Source of the DNA: Lytechinus pictus | Lineage: Eukaryota | Length of the DNA stretch: 64,000 nucleotides | NCBI RefSeq assembly: GCF_037042905.1 | Contig: NC_087246.1 | Coordinates: 25,854,001 to 25,918,000 of the forward strand | Direction: 5' to 3' | In this document: positions 13,801 to 25,567 of the stretch, piece after piece | Layout: each line of letters opens with the position of its first letter | How positions within the stretch are numbered: position 1 is the first letter of the stretch | The notes under the pieces: generated by a model | Databases searched by the model: none | What the model saw: only the letters and a program-made list of their open reading frames with translations | Told to the model about the DNA's origin: nothing | Program-made: the position numbers and the translations under genes

Positions 13801-16800
13801 GCGATCAGATTTTACACTGTCTTGTATTTATTTTCACATGTAGTATGTACATTATGAAGTTGAAGAAGCTAGTAAGAGTGGTGAGGAAGAGAAAGGCTCA
13901 TTCAGAGGAGCTTTGATATCACCATGAAATTTCATATAATTGAAGTTGATTACCCATATAGTATACTATTATGAAGATGAAGAGCCTAACCAGAGTGGTG
14001 ATCAGATTTTGCACTGTTGTGGTTTTTTTTACCATATAGTATGTACATTATGAAGTTGAAGAAGGCTAGTAAGATTGGTGATCAGATTTTACACTGTCTT
14101 GTATTTATTTTCACATGTAGTATGTACATTATGAAGTTGAAGAAGCTAGTAAGAGTGGTGAGGAAGAGAAAGGCTCATTCAGAGGAGCTTTGATATCACC
14201 ATGAAATTTCATATAATTGAAGTTGATTACCCATATAGTATGTATATTATGAAGATGAAGAGCCTAACCAGAGTGGTGATCAGATTTTGCACTGTTATGT
14301 TTTTTTTACCATATAGCATGTACATTATGAAGTTGAAGAAGGCTAGTAAGAGTGTAGATCAGATTTTACACTGTCTTGTATTTATTTTCACATGTAGTAT
14401 GTACATTATGAAGTTGAAGAAGCTAGTAAGAGTGGTGAGAAAGGCTCTGGTCCAGTAGCTCTACAAAGAATGAACAGTAAACTTGGTCCAAGTGTCATGA
14501 CGCCCCCGCAGGTAAGCTCACAAATCAATCTTTGGTCTTAAAAAATTGACAAAGCACAGATGGTGGACATGTTTGATTTTTTTTAGTCTGCATTTCATCA
14601 ATGATACATGAATGAAAGGAAGCAAGGAGTACAAAATATTGTGAGAAAATAGTGATTACTCGAAATAAATAGGCAAATTCTTATTTATTCAACTGTCTTC
14701 TTGATTATTCATTTCTAAGTTTCTTCATAAATAGTCAAGTTTCTACCATGCACTTATATACAGTGGTGTTTGAAAGTTAATGAACCCCACCAGAAATGCA
14801 CTCCTTCGTACTGAGTGTTGAATGAAGACAACAACAGTACAATGTTCAGCGAGCACAGAGATACAAACTTTATTGAAAGTAATATTTTATCACCTGATTT
14901 CACAATGAAATATCTAAAACGTGGCAAAAACCTGAACACTTGAAATATGTTGGGTTTTTTTTCGGAGGGGTTCACTACCTTTTTAGCACCACTGTGTATT
15001 CCTCATGGTTTTTATCTGTCTGTCACCGCTCTTTCTTCCTTTTTATTGTCTATAATCCCTCCCTTACCCAGTGTACCTGTGTGATAAATGTGATTGTTTC
15101 CTAAACTTCATTATGATTATCTTGTTTCTATCTTGCTTTAGTGGGTTCAGTGTGACCTTAGGAGCATGGATTTTGAAGTACTTGGCAAGTTCTCTGTGAT
15201 CATGGCTGATCCACCGTGGGATATCCACATGGAATTACCCTACGGAACTATGCAAGATGACGAGATGAGAAAACTCAATGTACCCATAATGCAAGATGAA
15301 GGCTTTCTCTTCCTCTGGGTCACAGGCAGGTCAGTTACCTTTCAACTATCAGAGTGACTTTCTGTAGTGTAAACTCAATGTTCCCACAATGCAATAAGAT
15401 GTAAGCTTTCTCTTCCTCTGGGTCACAGGCAGGTCAGTTACCTTTCAACTATCAGAGTGACTTTCTGTAGTGTAAACTCAATGTTCCCACAATGCATTTA
15501 GATGTAAGCTTTCACTTCCTCTGGGTCACAGGAAGGTCAGTTACCTTTCAACTTTCAAAGGGACTTTCTGTAGTGTAAACTCAATGTTCCCACAATGCAG
15601 TTAGATGTAAGTTTTCTCTTCCTCTGGGTCACAGGAAGGTCAGTTACCTTTCAACTATCAGAGTGACGTTCTGTAGTGTAAACTCAATGTTCCCACAATG
15701 CGGTTAGATGTAAGCTTTCTCTTCCTCTTGGTCACAAGAAGGTCAGAAACCTTTCAACTATCAGAGTGACTTTCTGTAGTGTAAACTCAATGTTCCCACA
15801 ATGCAGTTCTAGATACAAGCTTTCTCTTCCTCTGGGTCACAGGAAGGTCAGTTACCTTTCAACTATCAAAGTGACTTTCTGTAGTGTGTAAACTCAATGT
15901 TCCCACAATGCAGTTAGAAGTAGGCTTTGTCTTCCTCTGGGTCACAGGAAGGTCAGTTACCTTTCAACTATCTAAGTGACTTTCTGTAGTGTGTAAACTC
16001 AATGTTCCCACAATGCAATTAGAAGTAGGCTTTCTCTTCCTCTGGGTCACAGGCAGTGGCGGACTGTGACCCGGAGGAGACAAAGCATTGGAGGGGCACT
16101 GTATTGTTTGTGAACAATGCTGTGCCCCTCCAATGCTTTGTCTACTCCGGGTCACGGTCCGCCACTGGTCACAGGAAGGTCAGTTACCTTTTAACTATCA
16201 AGAGTGACTTTCTGTAGTGTGTAAACTCAATGTTCCCACAATGCAATTAGATTTAAGCTTTCTCTTCCTCTCGGTCACAGGTAGGTCAGTTACCTTTCAA
16301 CTCACAAATTGACTTTCTGTAGTGTAACTTGAATGTACCCACAATGAAATTAGATGAATTCTAGGTCACAGGAAGGTAATTGGCATTCTGTAGTTTAAAC
16401 GTATTAAATCATATTCTGAACTTATGTATAATAGAATTACAAAATTTACCTTATTCTCGGGTTCTAATTTTTATGCATCCACCTACTTTAATGCTTGCTG
16501 GAGGCATTTTGTTTTCAGGCTGTCCTTTCATCTGTCTGTCTTGTTTTGGTTCTTGCGATATTTGAACTAATTTTAGTGATCAACTGCAAACTTTGGCCAA
16601 TGGTCTGATTAGATTTGTGGGTCTTGCTGTAAGAAGTCACAGAGGTCATTATAATGTATTCAATGAAAAACCTTGTTCTCATGCTAACCAAAGAACTGTT
16701 TTAAGAATTGGCATGCCATTGCAGTCTTGTTGACTTATTTATTGCATTGAATGAAATTGATTTTTTATAGCCACTATCCTCACTGTTTAATGTCAATATC

Positions 16801-19800
16801 ACTTTATATTCAAAGAGCACCCTCTGTTCTTTCTTTGAATAACGGTTTACCAACGGCTCTGAAATATGAGTCTGTGAAATTGGTGTTGCAGATCATGGAT
16901 TTGGCTAGGATCCAAAACTGCAGTACATCTGCCAATTGTTTGTTTTTTCATCAAGGAAAAGGGGATATTGATTTCTGCTCTTGTGTCCACAATCTTGTTT
17001 TTGTGTTTTCATAATTTTGGAATTCCTGTTCTTTAGAATTTCTCAATTGTAATGTTCATTCTATTTTCTTGGTTTTTAGTACTTTGATGGGTATCGACAA
17101 GGGAGTTGATTACTCAATCAAATTTTACAAACCTATATGTCCTTGGCCTTGTTTCATTAAATATACAATCAATTTTCAATGTAAGCATATCTATGAGTCT
17201 GTGATGGCTTAACATGTACAATTGTTACAATAAATTTTAAATTCAATTATATCAGTTTCAGTTTATTTCCATAATTCACATATATACAAACATTTTACAT
17301 TGGTTGACATGGGTATAACATACATGTATCATGAAATGAAATAAATGGTTCTTGAGACAAATAGGAGTTTATACACAATAAGAATTAAAACCAGTGAAGA
17401 ATGGAGGGGCTATCAAAGATGAAAGCATAGCTTGTGAGTTATAAGATCTTTATCTTATTTGCCAATCAGTTAGCCTGGGATGGTATTCTGAGGCACTGCC
17501 CTGGCACGTATCATCTTGAGATGCGCAAGATAAAGATTTATCGCAGATGAAATTTCAAATTTTATCTGAGATAATATATCTAATCTCAGAATTCCAATTT
17601 CAATTTAAAAGATCAAATGAAATATGTAAAAGACAAAACGACCTCTAAATTCCACCTTGTTTAATATAGGCCTAACCTTCTTTTGTGAACACATCATAGA
17701 AAGCTTGGGCAATGCCACTTTGTATTGCCAGTATTCTAAGAAATGTTGCTCTTGATTCCTATCCACATTAAAAAACATTCAAATCCACCTTACACCACAT
17801 ATATGAAAGATATTTACAAGTATTCAGCATATCCTCAGTTACATCAATTCTTTCATTGCTCTAAGATTATTATAGAAGCAGGTGGGTGTTTTATAAAGCT
17901 GTTCGTAAGTTAAGAGCGACTTTAAGAACAACTGGTGAACCTTTCTTGTAGTAAATAGTATATAGAATTGGCGATGCTTTAGCGCGTAAGAAGGGTTCAC
18001 CAGTCGCTCTTAACTTACGAACAGCTTTATGAAACGGCCCCCTGGTCTGTTTATAACCATCCCACTATTAACACTTTAACTTCTGAATTCCTCTGCTACT
18101 CTAAGGTTATTGTAGGAATTGGTTTATTTACAACCATACCAATAATAACAGTTAAATTCTGAATTCTATCGTTGCTCAAAGCTTATTATAGAAACGGGTC
18201 TGCTTACATCCATCCCATCCCATTGCTTTAAAGCATATTATAGAATGGGTCTGTTTATGTCTGTCCCACCATTAACACTTTAACTTCTGAATCCTTTCAT
18301 TGCTCTAAACTTATGATAGAAAATCGGTCTGTTTACATGGGCAATGGGTTAAGACACAAGTCCTTGGTAGAGTATTCACCTGAAGTGCTTTGCAATGACC
18401 CCTAGTTGCACCCCCGTTGAAGTAGGGATCTGTGCCATGTTGGAAGGGCTGTCAGCTGCAGAATTCCCCTAATCCATCCCCGGGGAGTGCTACTTACCTT
18501 GACCTTTGACCTTGGTTTCATCCCATAAACCCCTCTGTTTATCCTCCTACAGGTGTTCACTTCTTCATAAAATACACCATCTTTCATTTCTTAAGCTGCT
18601 GTACATCAGAGCAAAAAGGGCTTTAAATCATTCCTTTTACTCTGAATTTATTCCCTTCTGGCGCTCACCTGTTAGTGTGCTGGTGTTCTTTAATGGACGT
18701 TTTGAACGAATATAGAAAACTCCATTTTCTCAATCATTGGATTATCTTTGATGCAATCTCTGACATTCAAAGAGATGAATGTAAACTAGTTAGATAATAA
18801 ATGTCAGTCAGAAGTGGCCAATAAAAATTGCCATGTTTTAAGAACTTTGAAGTTGTATTGCTGCCACACTGAGATTCATTTGGCCCTTCAACCTGTACTA
18901 ATAAATCATGAGCTGGTGTAAAAGTGTTAAAACCAGAAATATCATGACTTAAAAGAAGAAATCAGGGTAAGACAAGTACAGAAGAAGAAGAAGAAATGAA
19001 TAAAGTGAAGATCTAGAATATAATCCATTCTTTTTATCTACTGTTTGTATCCAATCTCAATCCATTATATACTGATCTAATGATTTGGTCCTTAAGTTAG
19101 AACTTAGACCTATAATATTTTCAATATCATGTTGAAACATTTCTTCTGAGCGCAATAATTATGTTGTTAAGAATTCAGGAATCATTAATAGGTGTTTCTG
19201 TTGGGCCACAACACAGATTTGAAATGAGACCAGTACTAGGACTGATGTCATTTGGTATTTGACTATCATTAGAAGAATGATTTAACTTCATTTGAAGAAT
19301 ATATTAACCTTTTATTCCCTGTCATGTGAATTGTTGATACATCACTACCTATACATGTATGTACATCACCTTATTGATTTTCAAATAATAGAATAAATAT
19401 TTCTTTAAGACACACAATGACAAATCAAAATCATTATTTTGAATACAATCCAAATTGATTTCCTTCAAAATGAAGAATGGTGTAGGTATCTGTAAGTGGG
19501 TGGCTTTTACCGTTTTGTTCCCTAGATATTAATACCCCAGTTCCGTGAACATGACCCAGTATCTCATAGTCTCCCACGTGGGAGATTTATGATAAGTTTG
19601 GGTGTGAAGAGGAGAATCAGGTTTTATGACATACATTTTTCTTTCTCAATAGACAGCTGAGATTTGTTTACACTAGTATATATTCTGTTCCAGATCTTTT
19701 TTTTTCGTACTCCTATTCTCTTTATGCTTTGCTCCCCCTCCAATTTTACATCTATTTTCTCTCAATTTTTTTTTTCAATTTAGTTTTTTTCTTTCTTTTT

Positions 19801-22800
19801 TTATTACAGAGAGGGATATATCTCTTTCGATCTCTCTCTGTTCTATTTGTGTTCTTCTTTGCATGGTGTCTTGAATATAGCTGCTTTAGTTCAAATGTCA
19901 ATTATCATTATAATTGCAGTAAGTTATACAGGGGCAGATTTAGGATTTTGAAATAGAGAGGGTGCAAAGAGCAAATTTGGAAATAAAGGGGGGGACAGGT
20001 GACAATTTGATAGATGTAGCCGTATTGATGTGTATGTTCTTTGGGTTAGCCTCATTAGTAGATGCAGCGTGCACCCCTGCTAGGATCAAGGAGGTTGATA
20101 GACCCAAGTGATGGGATAAATGGGAGATGCATTTGAGGAGGATCTGTTGATTACCTCCAAGGTTCACTGTCTTGAGGAGAGATCCGAGGGGGGGAGCACT
20201 CACATCAGACCTAATTTTCAATTCTCTAGATACTCCGAATGACAAAAGTTCCGTTCAGAAGCTCCCACCCCGCTCACAAGACCCCTGTTATGAAACTCCT
20301 CAGTTCCCTAGGCCCTGCCAAAATTGTCCAGCGTGAGCACCGCATGGGAGAGCTCCGTGCACGGCTTCACAACTCCCTCCGCTAGCAGCTCCTTGCACCG
20401 CTAGCGTTCACCGTACCCACTGTACCGCGATCGTTCCATAGACCCTGTTTTTCACAGTGCCCAGTATATATTTAGTTCACAAGACCCCGTATTTTACCCT
20501 TGTGGTCAGTTCCTTAGACCCCCATTTCAGAGTTTCATGAGGCACACCCCCATCAAAATATAACTTGAGTGCCCTCCATCCCCCTCCCCCCGGGGGAGAG
20601 ATATTATGACCCTGGGATTCTGGTGTACACAGGCTTATGACAGGTGCGTCTAGTTTGCCATCCTCCCTTGCTACCAATTAGTTGCCTTCACAAGGTGTAA
20701 GAGGTTAAATCATGAACTCAAGATGACCCAACAACGGGCATACGTTGTGATATGCACATTTATGACACCTACCCCAGTAGGATGTAATTACAGAATACCA
20801 CATGAGTAGGGCTCTGTTTACATCCCATTTGCTTTTCACACCATTTTATGCGGAAATACAAATTGATTGTCAAAGACAAACGGTGCGATGCCGAAATTGG
20901 AGGTACAGGTAGTTGCACATTTCGGCGCTTTGTTAGTTCTTGACATTATTTATTCCAAATCACGATGTGATCATGAGCAACTTTCAAGAAGTCATAATCA
21001 TGCCTCACTTTTACTGAAACAAAAGTTCATTAATGAATCATAATTCAATTATGGGTAGTGTACTTTGTAAATGATGAACTAAAGCTTTATCTTAATGATT
21101 ATAGCTATCATTTTATCAAAAGTTAAACTACATTTTTTGTGTGGTTTATCCAGAGCTATGGAGCTAGGTAGAGAGTGTTTGCACCTCTGGGGATACAAGC
21201 AAGTAGAAGAATTGATCTGGGTCAAGACTAATCAACTCCAGCGATTGATCAGGACGGGTCGTACGGGTCATTGGCTCAACCATGGCAAGGAACATTGTTT
21301 GGTAAGATACTGTAGATATTGAGAAACTTTGGGGGCCCCTTAAAGTGCTTCCGTTCTGGTCAACAGATGCTTCTGAGACATCATTGAAATTAACAATCAA
21401 ATCATCTGCACATGCGTTGACTTTTTGGTTTTGTCAAATGTCGAGACACTATTATTTTCTATGACTTTTTAGGTAAATCATATGATACCTTTTCGTTATG
21501 TCAATGAGAGTATGTCCTTGTCTTAAAAAACAAAATTATTAATTCATGGATGATAACACTTATTACATCCAACAGAATAAAGTACCCGTCGTCCAAAACA
21601 TTTTTTTCATTTGCCAGATGTGGTAGTTCAGTTTTTACACAAAGTAACACTATTATTTGTCCCTTATACCAGTGGATAGCAGTACTTTTCAGGCCCCCGT
21701 CTTACAAAGATTTGCGATTGATCCGATTTAGTCGCAACTATGGAAAGCCAGCAAAGTCAACATATAAGATGCACGTTTGTTCAAAAAAATTTCTAGATAT
21801 GAATGTATATTCATAAATGTATTGATTTCTTGACAATTTGGTGTGTTCTCCTTTGTTTTCAAAGAACATTTTGCAAATTTCCTTTTGAAAAAATTATGAC
21901 ACTAATGGATTTCCAAAGAGATACGATTGATTGGATTAATCGTAACTCTTTGTAAGACGGGCCCCTGATGTCTTGTGTGATTTAAATGGCCAGCACTCAA
22001 TCATTGAACTAGTTTGTGTTGGACATCCAAGTTTACCAAGAGGGGTCCAAGTTCCTCAACATATATAGTTCAAGACACTCCAGGGGCCGCGGAACCGGGG
22101 GGGGCTGGGGGGGTTTCAGCCCCCCAACTTTTTCCAAAACCATGTACAAAAACGTAAAAATTACCACTATATGATTTTTTTTTGCATGGTCAGCCCCCCC
22201 CCCCCCCCCCACTTTGAAAACCGTTCCTCGGCCCCTGCACTTGCATCTAAGCCTCTGAATCACACCTCACTGGTGAACTCCGTTCTAGGCATATATCCTC
22301 GTAGTATTTGCTAATAATCATGGTTTGATTTAATTCATCCTTTTGTAGAGTACCTGTTGTTCATTCACACTTGAGCAATAAATTCTCACTAGCATCCCTG
22401 TATGTATACAAAGCTATTGACACCTTGTCAATTAATCTTCCCCGAGATATCTGACAAATTATTTTTTTTTTTAGATTCAAAGATCATTTATTATTTAGAA
22501 ATTCAACCATTCACATGCAGAGAGGCTATTTGTACAGGTTTGAACTGAATATTAGTAATATTATATATATCTAGATATATGAAAAAAAATTATTGAATAT
22601 TAATAACGTTCTCTTTTCAGTGTGGAGTGAAAGGTAATCCAGATAACTTCAACAAAGGTCTTGATTGTGATGTCATCGTTGCTGAGGTCCGTCAGACGAG
22701 TCACAAGCCAGATGAGATCTACGGTCTGATAGAGAGGCTTTCACCGGGTACTAGGAAGATTGAACTCTTTGGCAGAATGCACAATATACAACCAAATTGG

Positions 22801-23924
22801 TAGGCCAAGTGTTATTGTTGGGAGCTTTCCATGAGAACTTTGTCAGTGATTTTCACTGCCAGATACTGTAAGCTACTGCAAATCCTTGAATCTGATTGGC
22901 CGAGAGGAAACCAGTGAAAATCAGCGACAAAACTTTTCATGAAATGCTCCCCTGAAAATTGCACAACATTTTAGAGATGTCTTTAGTTTGTGGCTAGTCA
23001 GAGCTATCTTTTAGAATATACTTTAATCTTTTTAATAAAAAAAAAATTATTCAAAGAAAGAACCAGTAAAGTGTTCAATTGTTAACCATATTATAAGGTT
23101 GAAGGCATACACGAAGCTCGCTAGCTGGCGAATGTGGATTCTGATGAATCCACCCATTACTGTCCAACAGGGATGAAACTCCATTTTGACTTCTGATGAA
23201 CTGACTAGCTGGTAGAAGCATTTTTTTTTTTAAACTTTGCAAAAAAAATCTAAACCCTTGTTATCATTTATTTGAAACATTGCAGTTTCGGTCCTGTATT
23301 TTGTTTCATGTTCCATAGTATAGTGGTTCTGACTCTTACCTTGTTATCAGAGGGTCATGTGTTCAAATCCCATCACCACACTGGTTCCCTTTTGCAAGGT
23401 GTCAGTTTACACTTTGCCGCTCCCCACCCAGGGGGTTAGTGGTTGCTATTGTGAACCCAGTATGTTGGTGATGTAGCAATTTGAGTGATTCAAGTGCTCA
23501 TTGCTGGAATACTGTCAGGAAGTGGAAGTTGTACATACATCATGCATAATGCAAGCTAGCTGGAATGTGATGACTGGGGTGATATTATATCAGTAAAATG
23601 CTTTATTTAGATTTCATTGAGATTTTGATAAGCACTACATTAAAGTAAAATGTTATCATGATTGATTTACTATTTAAGATTTTGTGTTCCCTTCTCTTTT
23701 TGTTTTGATCTTTTACTAAGCACTTCATTAAATTGGAGTATTATCATGGTTGTTTAACTCTTCAAGAACGTATATTCCATTCACCTTTTGCTTGATCTTT
23801 TACTGATTTCAGGGTGACGTTAGGGAACCAGCTGGATGGCGTACACCTCGTGGAACCAGAAACCATCAAAAGATATCAAGAGAAATACCCGGACAATAAC
23901 GCTCTGAAAGCATCCCAGAAATGA
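7800..23924 (+). CDS. METTL3: N6-adenosine-methyltransferase catalytic subunit METTL3, 13 coding exons, about 480 aa
   Basis: join(7800-7890,8798-8946,10619-10686,11364-11496,12066-12156,12529-12605,13010-13046,13443-13498,14398-14511,15142-15329,21154-21301,22621-22799,23813-23924) = 1443 nt. All introns are GT-AG with compatible phases. Contains the leader helix, two CCCH fingers, DPPW and [15 protein letters not shown]. Confidence 0.95.
8245..8625. mobile_element. hAT-like MITE in METTL3 intron 1
   Basis: TIRs CAGGGCTGCCAACT / AGTTGGCAGCCCTG; no TSD recognisable. Confidence 0.65.
8798..8946 (+). CDS. METTL3: METTL3 exon 2 (low-complexity linker)
   Basis: CAG acceptor and open frame [18 protein letters not shown]...VPIPK; phases fit both neighbours. 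No conserved motif. Confidence 0.65.
10619..10686 (+). CDS. METTL3: METTL3 exon 3 (basic NLS-like SRKRKRE)
   Basis: Polypyrimidine tract plus CAG, GTAAGT donor, phase 0 to 2. Confidence 0.75.
11364..11496 (+). CDS. METTL3: METTL3 exon 4
   Basis: [17 protein letters not shown] is similar to human DLEIESLLNQQSTKEQQ. Confidence 0.88.
12066..12156 (+). CDS. METTL3: METTL3 exon 5
   Basis: [30 protein letters not shown] is similar to human SKKVSQEILELLNTTTAKEQSIVEKFRSRG. Confidence 0.92.
12529..12605 (+). CDS. METTL3: METTL3 exon 6 (zinc finger 1)
   Basis: [26 protein letters not shown]. Confidence 0.92.
13010..13046 (+). CDS. METTL3: METTL3 exon 7
   Basis: [12 protein letters not shown], identical to human; CAG acceptor, GTGAGC donor. 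Confidence 0.93.
13443..13498 (+). CDS. METTL3: METTL3 exon 8 (zinc finger 2)
   Basis: [19 protein letters not shown]; GTAAGT donor. Confidence 0.95.
13621..14445 (+). repeat. Higher-order tandem repeat (3 x 277 bp, each with 3 subunits) of the METTL3 intron 8 acceptor and exon 9 start
   Basis: tag|TATGTACATTATGAAG-like motif with the AG ending at 13683, 13762, 13843, 13961, 14039, 14120, 14238, 14316 and 14397. Confidence 0.95.
14398..14511 (+). CDS. METTL3: METTL3 exon 9
   Basis: [38 protein letters not shown]; this copy of the repeated acceptor reads open to the GTAAGC donor. Confidence 0.9.
14761..14994. mobile_element. Tc1/mariner-like MITE
   Basis: TA|CAGTGGTG...GAACCCC and GGGGTTCA...CACCACTG termini. 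Confidence 0.6.
15142..15329 (+). CDS. METTL3: METTL3 exon 10 (MT-A70 domain, catalytic DPPW)
   Basis: [63 protein letters not shown]; GTCAGT donor. Confidence 0.96.
15270..16395 (+). repeat. Tandem repeat (about 10 x 103-105 bp) of the METTL3 exon 10 end and its donor
   Basis: CTCTGGGTCACAGG(C/A)AG|GTCAGT-like motif with GT at 15330, 15433, 15536, 15639, 15742, 15847, 15952, 16179, 16285 and 16376. Confidence 0.95.
16054..16167. mobile_element. Palindromic hAT-like MITE with 8-bp TSD
   Basis: CAGTGGCGGAC...GTCCGCCACTG, near-perfect 114-bp foldback; GTCACAGG duplicated at 16046-16053 and 16168-16175. Confidence 0.9.
17882..18041. mobile_element. Palindromic PIF/Harbinger-like MITE (same family at 57792-57961 and 58238-58408)
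   Basis: ...ATAAAGCTGTTCGTAAG / CTTACGAACAGCTTTATGAAAC TIRs with CWG flanks; three copies in the window. Confidence 0.8.
21154..21301 (+). CDS. METTL3: METTL3 exon 11
   Basis: [49 protein letters not shown]. Confidence 0.96.
21693..21965. mobile_element. MITE
   Basis: TIRs GCCCCCGTCTTACAAAGA / TCTTTGTAAGACGGGCCC with CWG flanks. Confidence 0.7.
22081..22236. mobile_element. hAT-like MITE with G/C tracts
   Basis: CAGGGGCCGCGGAAC / GTTCCTCGGCCCCTG termini. Confidence 0.65.
22621..22799 (+). CDS. METTL3: METTL3 exon 12
   Basis: [60 protein letters not shown]. Confidence 0.96.
23310..23640 (+). mobile_element. Degenerate tRNA-derived SINE (related copy at about 13090-13230)
   Basis: A-box-like TAGTATAGTGG and B-box GTTCAAATCC; shares ATCAGAGGGTCATGTG...CCCTTT(T)GC(C)AAGG with the second copy. 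Confidence 0.5.
23813..23924 (+). CDS. METTL3: METTL3 exon 13 (last coding exon)
   Basis: [36 protein letters not shown]; AATAAA at 25015-25020 is a possible polyadenylation signal. Confidence 0.95.
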
Positions 23925-25567
23925 CCTCAGACTTAGTTCCCAATCTCCTTGAGACGTACTCCATCCCATGAAAACCTCAAGGAGTGTGTTTCCAATCAGA
24001 CCTACTCTAGGAAATGCATTGGATCGTTCCCAAGAGAAGTTATATCCCAGGAGATAGATCTAGGTGGGTCAGGATGATGCCAGTGTCAGCTCCCATCCTG
24101 TGATTGGTTTCCTCAACTCCTGTTCCCTCCCTTGAGGTCTATCTTCTTTCAAGAGACTCTACAGAAGCCTCTTGTGACGTAAGAGATGATGAAGATCTAT
24201 GCCATTCAGAATGGCACCAGAATCCACTGCCAGCCTGTTGGCATCATCCGATCCTTCCAAGCTCTCTTTCATTTAAGACCTGATTGAAACTATAAGAGAT
24301 TCATCAAGATGCTACCTGTAAATGACATTAGAGACAGCCGTGTCTGTTTCGTCTATACTACTTGTCATTGAATGGATTCTTCAAGAGAATGGTTTACGGA
24401 CATCTGTCCTATGTGTGTTACTGTTACTGAAGCAATGGACCTCTGATGATCCAAAATACCCTTCAAATTGATAACCAAAGTCAAAGACTGTATGTAATTT
24501 AACTATCCTGCCTTACTCTTACAAAAGGAAACTAGAATTGGAATTGTTATTTCGTTTAAAAGAACAAACTGTGTCTGTCATTTGCAATGTCATCAATGCA
24601 TGACGAAGCTAATGTTTCACATAGATTTAAGTGTGCCTTAGAGTTGCACTTAAATTCCCAGTTGAGCATGCTACTGCAAATTAATTCAAAAGACCGCACA
24701 TTAAACATCATGTACTTGTCAGTATTTAAACAAGGCTTTTCGTCATGCTTATCTCTTTGTGGAACACCCAACCCCCCCCCCCCCCCCGATGGTTAACCAG
24801 TCATATCGCTTTGCATAACGAGTGCTTTGGTATGGATTTTTCCTGGAAAAGGAAATTGATTTGTAAGGTGTTAAACATTATATATCACTTGCTTCCTTTT
24901 ATCAAAGTATATTGCTTTTCACTTTGGTCCTAGAACTTTTACAATACCACATGGTTTACTGCATTAAATGAATTGAATGAATACTGAAAATCAAAAGTAC
25001 ATTATATTTAAGCAAATAAAGATTTACCAAAATAGAAATCTGGAAATGGACATGTATTATGCAAATTTGATGTCTAAAGCTTTAAAATCAATATAGCAAT
25101 ATTGATAATGACATTATTAATAGTAGAAATGATTATTATGATAATAATAATAATATTAATGTTGATAATAATATTGATAATATAAATAATAATAACCAGG
25201 TATGACTTAGAATTATGGTATCTCTTACCATTATATTACTGACTACCATGTTCACAATGGTATGTAGGGTTCAGCTCAGCATAAAGGCAGGGTTTATGTA
25301 GTGATTATAAGTCTTTATGAAATCAGGCCTGATGAAATGGACCATGGTGCTACAAATTATTAAATCAATAATTGAAAATGAATAGATATTGATGTCAACT
25401 GCAGTAAAATGCTAACATCAGGGGTTTGGTCTGTTTTAGGAATAGAATATGAAAAGAAGTCTATTTAGACAATAATGCATGGCTGGTATGATGCTTCTTA
25501 GATTCAAACCTTGTTGAGACATTTGACAAACTTGACAAAATACAGTACCTGTATTCAGCACCTTTAA

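Noticed and set aside
14201-14458. 85-aa ORF overlapping METTL3 exon 9
   Set aside because: An out-of-frame reading of the repeat array; the METTL3 frame explains the exon.
15270-16395. CRISPR-like array (also 13621-14445 and 43230-43705)
   Set aside because: Units repeat along their whole length with no unique spacers; eukaryotic intron context and no cas genes.
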